Position numbers and translations under genes: made by a program. Of a stretch of 64,000 bases of DNA, positions 58,219-64,000 are shown in pieces (within the stretch, counting starts at the first letter, position 1; the number at the start of each line of letters is the position of its first letter). The notes under the pieces were generated by a model. It saw only the letters and a program-made list of their open reading frames with translations. It had not been told where the DNA came from and did no database searches. The DNA is from Camelus ferus (taxonomy: Eukaryota): positions 61,878,001 through 61,942,000 of the forward strand of contig NC_045696.1 in the NCBI RefSeq assembly GCF_009834535.1. The letters run 5' to 3'.

Positions 58219-61200
58219 GAAGACCAGAATTGCAGTTCTCTATGTATACTGTGGCTGTGGGGAATGGACTGCAGAAACTGTTACTCAGTGATCCAGCTCC
58301 ATCAATGTCCTCATCTTTTGTCATCACCCTCCTTCCCCATGAGTACCTGGGAATGAGATCCTCCCTGTTTGGCTAGAGAATGTGTAAGGAGAACACTGAG
58401 TGAGAGACAGAGGACCCCTGGGTCTGAGTTTGTCAGTCCTTGAGCCTGCTCTGTTCCCTGGGGAAGGAAGCCCTGCTCCTCCGATTGGGCTATGAACCTG
58501 TTGCTTATCAGACAAGATGATCAGTGGAAGTTCCATGGGCTTCAGGAGCTGTACTCTTTTGTTATCATTGACTCCCTGTGTGACCTCAGGCAAGTTTCGC
58601 TCTCCTCTCTGGACTTCAGTTTCCGTTGTAAAAGGCAGATCATGGTGGCTCTGATATGCCATTCTTCTTCCCTCAGTTGCTATCTGCTCTGGAGAATATC
58701 AGGGGGGCTTGTCTGGTGGAAGCATTTTTTTCATCCCCAACTGGATCCATGGAGGAGGGGGCACCTCTGTAATTCACACAAATAGACTAGCAGGTGGCCC
58801 TGGCAGAGGGGCTATGGCTTGAACTAAGGGATGGAATAAATAAGTTTCCTTAGCAAGCCTCACCCTGTGAGGATGAACAGGCTCACTCTGTCACACTCTA
58901 GGAGCAACCAGAAGTTATTGGTGGAATTTGTGTTCATTAAGTCATTCCTTTAGTGAAACTCCAGGTGACACTGATAAGGTATCAATCAGCTACAAGCTAA
59001 CAGCTTGGGTGAGCTCATTCACAGTGGGTCCTTTCCTAGTCTCTCAGGAGTCATTCCTCAACTGTGACTCATATGGGACCTTGCTGTTGCTGGGCTCCAG
59101 GGGCTTCTACATCAGACCCATTTGCCTGGCCTTAGCATGGACATAGCTTTGTATTGATACCTGTGTGTAATGGGGAACTCTGTCTCAGTTTGAGCCCTGA
59201 TCTTCCTGTTTCTGGGGTGCAGACATACCTGGGTGTATCAGAGGAATCGGTGGGATGCAATGAGGGAATAATGAGACAGTAACTTAACACAGGAATAGCC
59301 TTACAGAGGAGCAGAAGCACTGAGGACCATTTGATTCCCATTCTGGATTCATACTGAAGTTAGAGGGAGAGTATGAAATATGAGAGCTGGCTTCACTAAT
59401 AATTCTGTAAGGTGCTGGGCTGAAGCAACACTGCTTTGGGACCCCCTGACCCTATACCATAATACGAACTACAGAGAGTCTTTCTCTGCCAGAAACACAG
59501 TCCTGGTTCTCCAAGGATTCAGGAGTTTGCTTGTCATGCAATTGACGGAGAGTAGGAGACGCTATCTAAATATAGCCTCTGGGGACTCAGAAAGAAGAGG
59601 GTGACGGGGAGCAGAGAACCTGTATTGGCAGATGGGGGCTAATGAACCAGCAAAACAGATGAACAATTCTTTTACCTAAAATCTTAGGAAAATTCATATT
59701 TTTATTCAACAAACAAACCATAATTTGTATCTTTCTATTTCTATGGGCTGTCATGTCTATGACTAACGAAAAGTCCAATTTTATTCTGGGGGACACTTGG
59801 AAGGGCTGGTGTGCACAGGGTAATCAGGAATGGTGAATATTTGCAGCAGTAAAAGTGTTATCAAAGGACATTACATTCTTACTCCTGAAGTCACTTCCTG
59901 AGTATTTGCTGTTTAATACATCTGAATTTGTTTGTTGAGATCAATGGTAGACATACTGAACAAGTTTTGTGAATAAAAGCCTCTTTAAAAGTATTTTTCC
60001 AATGAAACTGAACTTAGGGGAAGCCATGTGTATTTGGGCTACATAATATTCTATGTGTAAGCTTTTCAAAGGCAGATTCTCTGTACTCATCACAGGGCCT
60101 TGGACAAGGAGGATGATTTCTAAGTGTGAACTATTAGGTTTCACGATGTTACCATCGTTAAGGTGTCTCATATTGGTGAGAGGGGATGCTGAGAAGAGCC
60201 ACAGAATTTGGGGACTGGGAGTCCCCCAGAAGCTTTGTCTGAGCCGTTTCAGTGTCATGGCAAGGGCTGAGGCTTGACCAGGAGGCTGAACTCCACAGGG
60301 CTGGTGTGACGTCTTGTCTGCCACCGTTCCCAATGTCTAGCATCGTCTGGAGTAAGTGGGCACTCAGTGAATATTATTATAAGTGAAAAGTAGACAGTGT
60401 GTCTCTTTCAAGATATCTGACTAAGAAAGGAGGAGATTTGCGGCTAAGGGAAAGTTTTTATAGGATAGGAGAGATTTGATCGTATAGTTAGAGCACAAGT
60501 AGCCTACCTAACAAAAAGAAGGTAATTGAAGAAGATGTGAGGAATAAGAGCAGAAGGACAAGCAGAGGGTGATCTTGAAAGGAAAAGAGAAAATTATTCT
60601 TCCTTGAAGATGGGTAAGAAGAGGGGTGGGAAACGTTCCAACTCAGTCAGACCTGCATTCAAGGGTAAGTCTCTCCTCCTGGAGCTCAGTATATTGGTAA
60701 CCAATCCACAAAAGATTTTTCCCCCCTGAAAATTCTCCCTGCAATCCAGACTTTAAAATTTATAAGATTAAAAGTCTTCAAGATTAACTCGAAGATAGGG
60801 TTTTAAAGCCATTAATAAATCTCCATCTATTTCATTCATATAAGATTTAATCTGAGTGGAAATTAGTGTAAAGGAGGCTAAAGAGTAAAGAAGTACAATC
60901 AAGAATACTATATTTGGCTCTATCACTAAGACTTTCAGAGAAATTATTCATATCCCAGCTACTTCCGAGGAGGGTTTCAGATGACTTAAAATGAAAACAT
61001 ATGTACAAGGAAGATAAAATTGATATAAAAAGAAAAAAGTCACAAAGCATGCTCAGGAAGGAAGATTATTATACTAGGAACCAGAAAGAAAGGACTGTAA
61101 TTAAAAATTTTAGCTAATTTAGAGACTTATAGTCAGAACTTTTTATGTACTCCCAGCCCCTTCTCCATGCCCCCAACTCTACTAGCTTGTAAATAAAGTC

Positions 61201-63389
61201 ATTGCCCTTCAAACTTATACAAGACTGTTTTCATCCCATTAAAAACCACAGCATTGAAGATGACCATGCTGTATGGAGACCTGCAGGTAGAAGAGCTGTG
61301 TGCTGTCATCACCTGCCATGGGCACTTCACTGGGGCAGAGGAATACAAGGAGAAGGCCACCTAATCTGTAAAGGCAGCACATGCTCAGTATTAAGTGGAT
61401 ACCCAGTAAGCACTGCAGGAATTCAGGCATCAAGAGCTATAACTGGGAAGGCTTCTGCAGGAGGGAATAAGGGTGGTCCTTGAAGAAATGTAGAGCCTTG
61501 ATAAGAGGACTTGGGTAAGGGGGACAGCAGTTAGTACAGTAGGAATTTGCATGACCACCAGCCACAAGACAAGCCCTACAGAGGGTGTGTGAGTAAGAAG
61601 GATGGCTGGGGACGTAGGTGATGGTAGGTGATTTGTTAACCACATATTCCAGGAACTATACTATACAGGTAAGTTGATTAGTTTGGATTTAGAACTCATG
61701 AAGGTCACTGAGGAGAGGAGTCACACAATTCAGGTTGCATTTGAGGAAAAGTCATCTGATGGATGACTGGATAACAAGGAAGCAATCAGAGGTTGGGAGA
61801 TGGTTTAAGGGGCCACTGCAATAATCCAGGCCTAGGGGTGAGGGTGGGTTAAGGACCTGGATTAGAGTGACGACAACAGAAATAATAGCAATAAAGATAT
61901 GATGTTAAGGAATAATCAACAGTATCTAGTGACTAGATATTTGAGGAAGAGAAATGTCAAGTAGCACTAAGGTTAAAAACTTAAGTGATGGAGAGAATAT
62001 TCTATTAAGTACAACTATTATTAGCCATAGGTAGAAAAAGTTAGGTTAATAAAGCTTTTTCCTAATGAGGAAGTAGTGAGGAAAGTCAGGTAAACCAGAT
62101 CTGAACAAAGCACTAAACTTTCAGAGAAAGAAATGGATCTATCATTAAGAGATAGCTTTCCTAGTCTTAAACACCACTAGGAAAGTAGATATTTTTGATC
62201 AAATGACTCTCACAAGATTTAGAAGATCTTTTTGTAGAGATTTATAGTGTGGAACATATGGGACTTTCCTCTTGTTTTTAGTTCTTCCATCTGTGAGGTA
62301 AATGAACCCAATTTTAGACATCCTCAAGAAAGATTACATCACTGGTTCTAATCTTTCCTTCCACCAGAAAATTCACTATATCTTGTTTCACATGCTAGTT
62401 GCTTTTTGCACTAACTTCTATATAATTAAAAAAAATTATTCTACTGTAGTGAAAAACTGTCCAAATGAAATTTGTCATCAACAGCTGATTAGCAGAAGTA
62501 GGGATGATATGTTGGACTACTTTATTCCTACCTTGGGTAAACACCAGGTAGTTCCTAAGGTTTAACCTAGAACCAGTTTAAGAGAATGACCAGTTTAAAG
62601 GATTTTTTTTTAAACACACTTGTGAGAAATCAAGTCATATCGTGATAAGAATGGAAAAGATCTGCAAGGCTGAGTGTGCTATGTGCATGCAAAAAGGTTG
62701 AGAGTCAAACCAATTAATCAGGGGGCCAGCTCTGGTTCAAAGATTGGAATCTAAGTACACTACACTAGAATTAGATTTCTTCTAATTACATAATATTAGC
62801 CATATTTAATAAGATGCAGAGAGGTTATCACCTAAAGAAAATTGGTAGTTAATAATTTTAAAAAACAAACCACAGTCCTTTGATGTTCAATGAACTAGAT
62901 TTTCTTAAAAGATTAGGGCTGTCTCCATGGTCTGTTTTCTAAATTACAAGGCTATCAGATGATTTCACATTTGACAAATAGCTGTTTTCATCTTTTGCTC
63001 AGATTACTTTCTCCTCATTTACTACTATCCTAAACAGACTATACTTCCCTTAGGACACTCGCAATGAGAATCTGGCACATCCAGCTACTGAATCATCTGA
63101 GTGTTATTCCTGGGAATTTGAAATTCTACAAATTCTGAACTGCTTATTCTAGCAGTCTCCTACATTAGGCGTAAGTCTGTTTTGTAAACAGCCTCCTAGG
63201 ATCTATTATTCTGCATTTAAAGTTTGTTTTAGGATGATAGGCTCCTGTGCAACTACCATGGCGGTGCTCACGGTGGAGATGAAGGGGAGGTGGGGGAAGG
63301 CCTGTCATGGCTGTCGGATCAGAGACCCATTTCTGGCTTTGATCCTTGTTCCTGCAGGCCTGTGGTTGTAATGAAGTACAAGGACATAG

Positions 63390-63830
63390 TGGGAAAAACT
63401 GGAAACAATCTGAAAGTCCTTCAGTCAGTGAATGGATAAGTGTATTGCAGTATATTCATAAAATGGAATCCTACTCAGTAATGAAAATTAACTACTGGTA
63501 TGTGCAGTAACAGATGAATCTTGGATGCATCTGGCTAAATGAAAGAAAGCACACCCAAAATGCTACATATGATATCATTCCATTTATATGACATTCTGGG
63601 AAAGGCAAAACTAGTTTAGGCAGAGAAAAGATCAGTGATTGTCAGAAGTTGGGGTTTGGAGGAGTTATTGACTACATAGGGGTAAGAATGAGAGACGTCT
63701 TGGGGATAATGAAACTGTTCTGTATTCTTGATTGTGGGGGTGGTTACATGACTCTATGCATGTGTCAAAACTTACAGAATTGTACACCGTAATTTTACTG
63801 TAAATAAAAAAAAAATAAAAAGTGTATATA
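63390..63830 (+). mobile_element. Old L1 3' end
   Basis: gaatggataag...attccatttatatgacattctgggaaaggcaaaacta...tgtcaaaacttacagaattgtacac...ttttactgtaaataaaaa. Confidence 0.8.
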
Positions 63831-64000
63831 GTAAGAAAGCTAGGATAGTAGCTTCCCTTGCAGTAGGAAGTAGTGACTGGGAGTGAGCTGAGGGGGGTTG
63901 CCTGGGGTGCTGGTCATGCTTTGTTTTTTTGAGCTTCATGCTGGTTATTACATGGGCAATGTTGGTTGTAAAAATTCACTGAGGTATATGTACACTTATG

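Noticed and set aside
59500..64000. DLG1 3' end, expected upstream of MELTF by synteny
   Set aside because: No DLG1 coding or recognisable 3'UTR sequence is seen; it probably lies beyond the window.

Overview
This is mammalian genomic DNA, probably camelid judging by a vic-1-like tRNA-derived SINE. The only coding gene I can support is melanotransferrin (MELTF/MFI2) on the minus strand. All 16 exons can be traced with GT-AG boundaries, from ATG 57123 to TGA 33590, encoding a signal peptide, two transferrin lobes and a GPI-type tail. Exon 13 carries one extra base (69 nt, against 68 nt for its N-lobe twin, exon 6), so canonical splicing gives a frameshift and a stop in exon 14 (587 aa instead of 739 aa). 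Retaining the 89-nt intron 12, or using a cryptic donor 20 nt into it, would restore the frame. A CpG island near 10-11 kb with a minus-strand splice donor is probably the non-coding first exon of PIGZ, inferred from synteny only. The rest is mostly interspersed repeats (L1, L2, MIR, MaLR/ERV LTRs, MER5/MER58), microsatellites and a local duplication in MELTF intron 6. I found no convincing new multi-gene system. Repeat families were assigned by eye and their boundaries are approximate.
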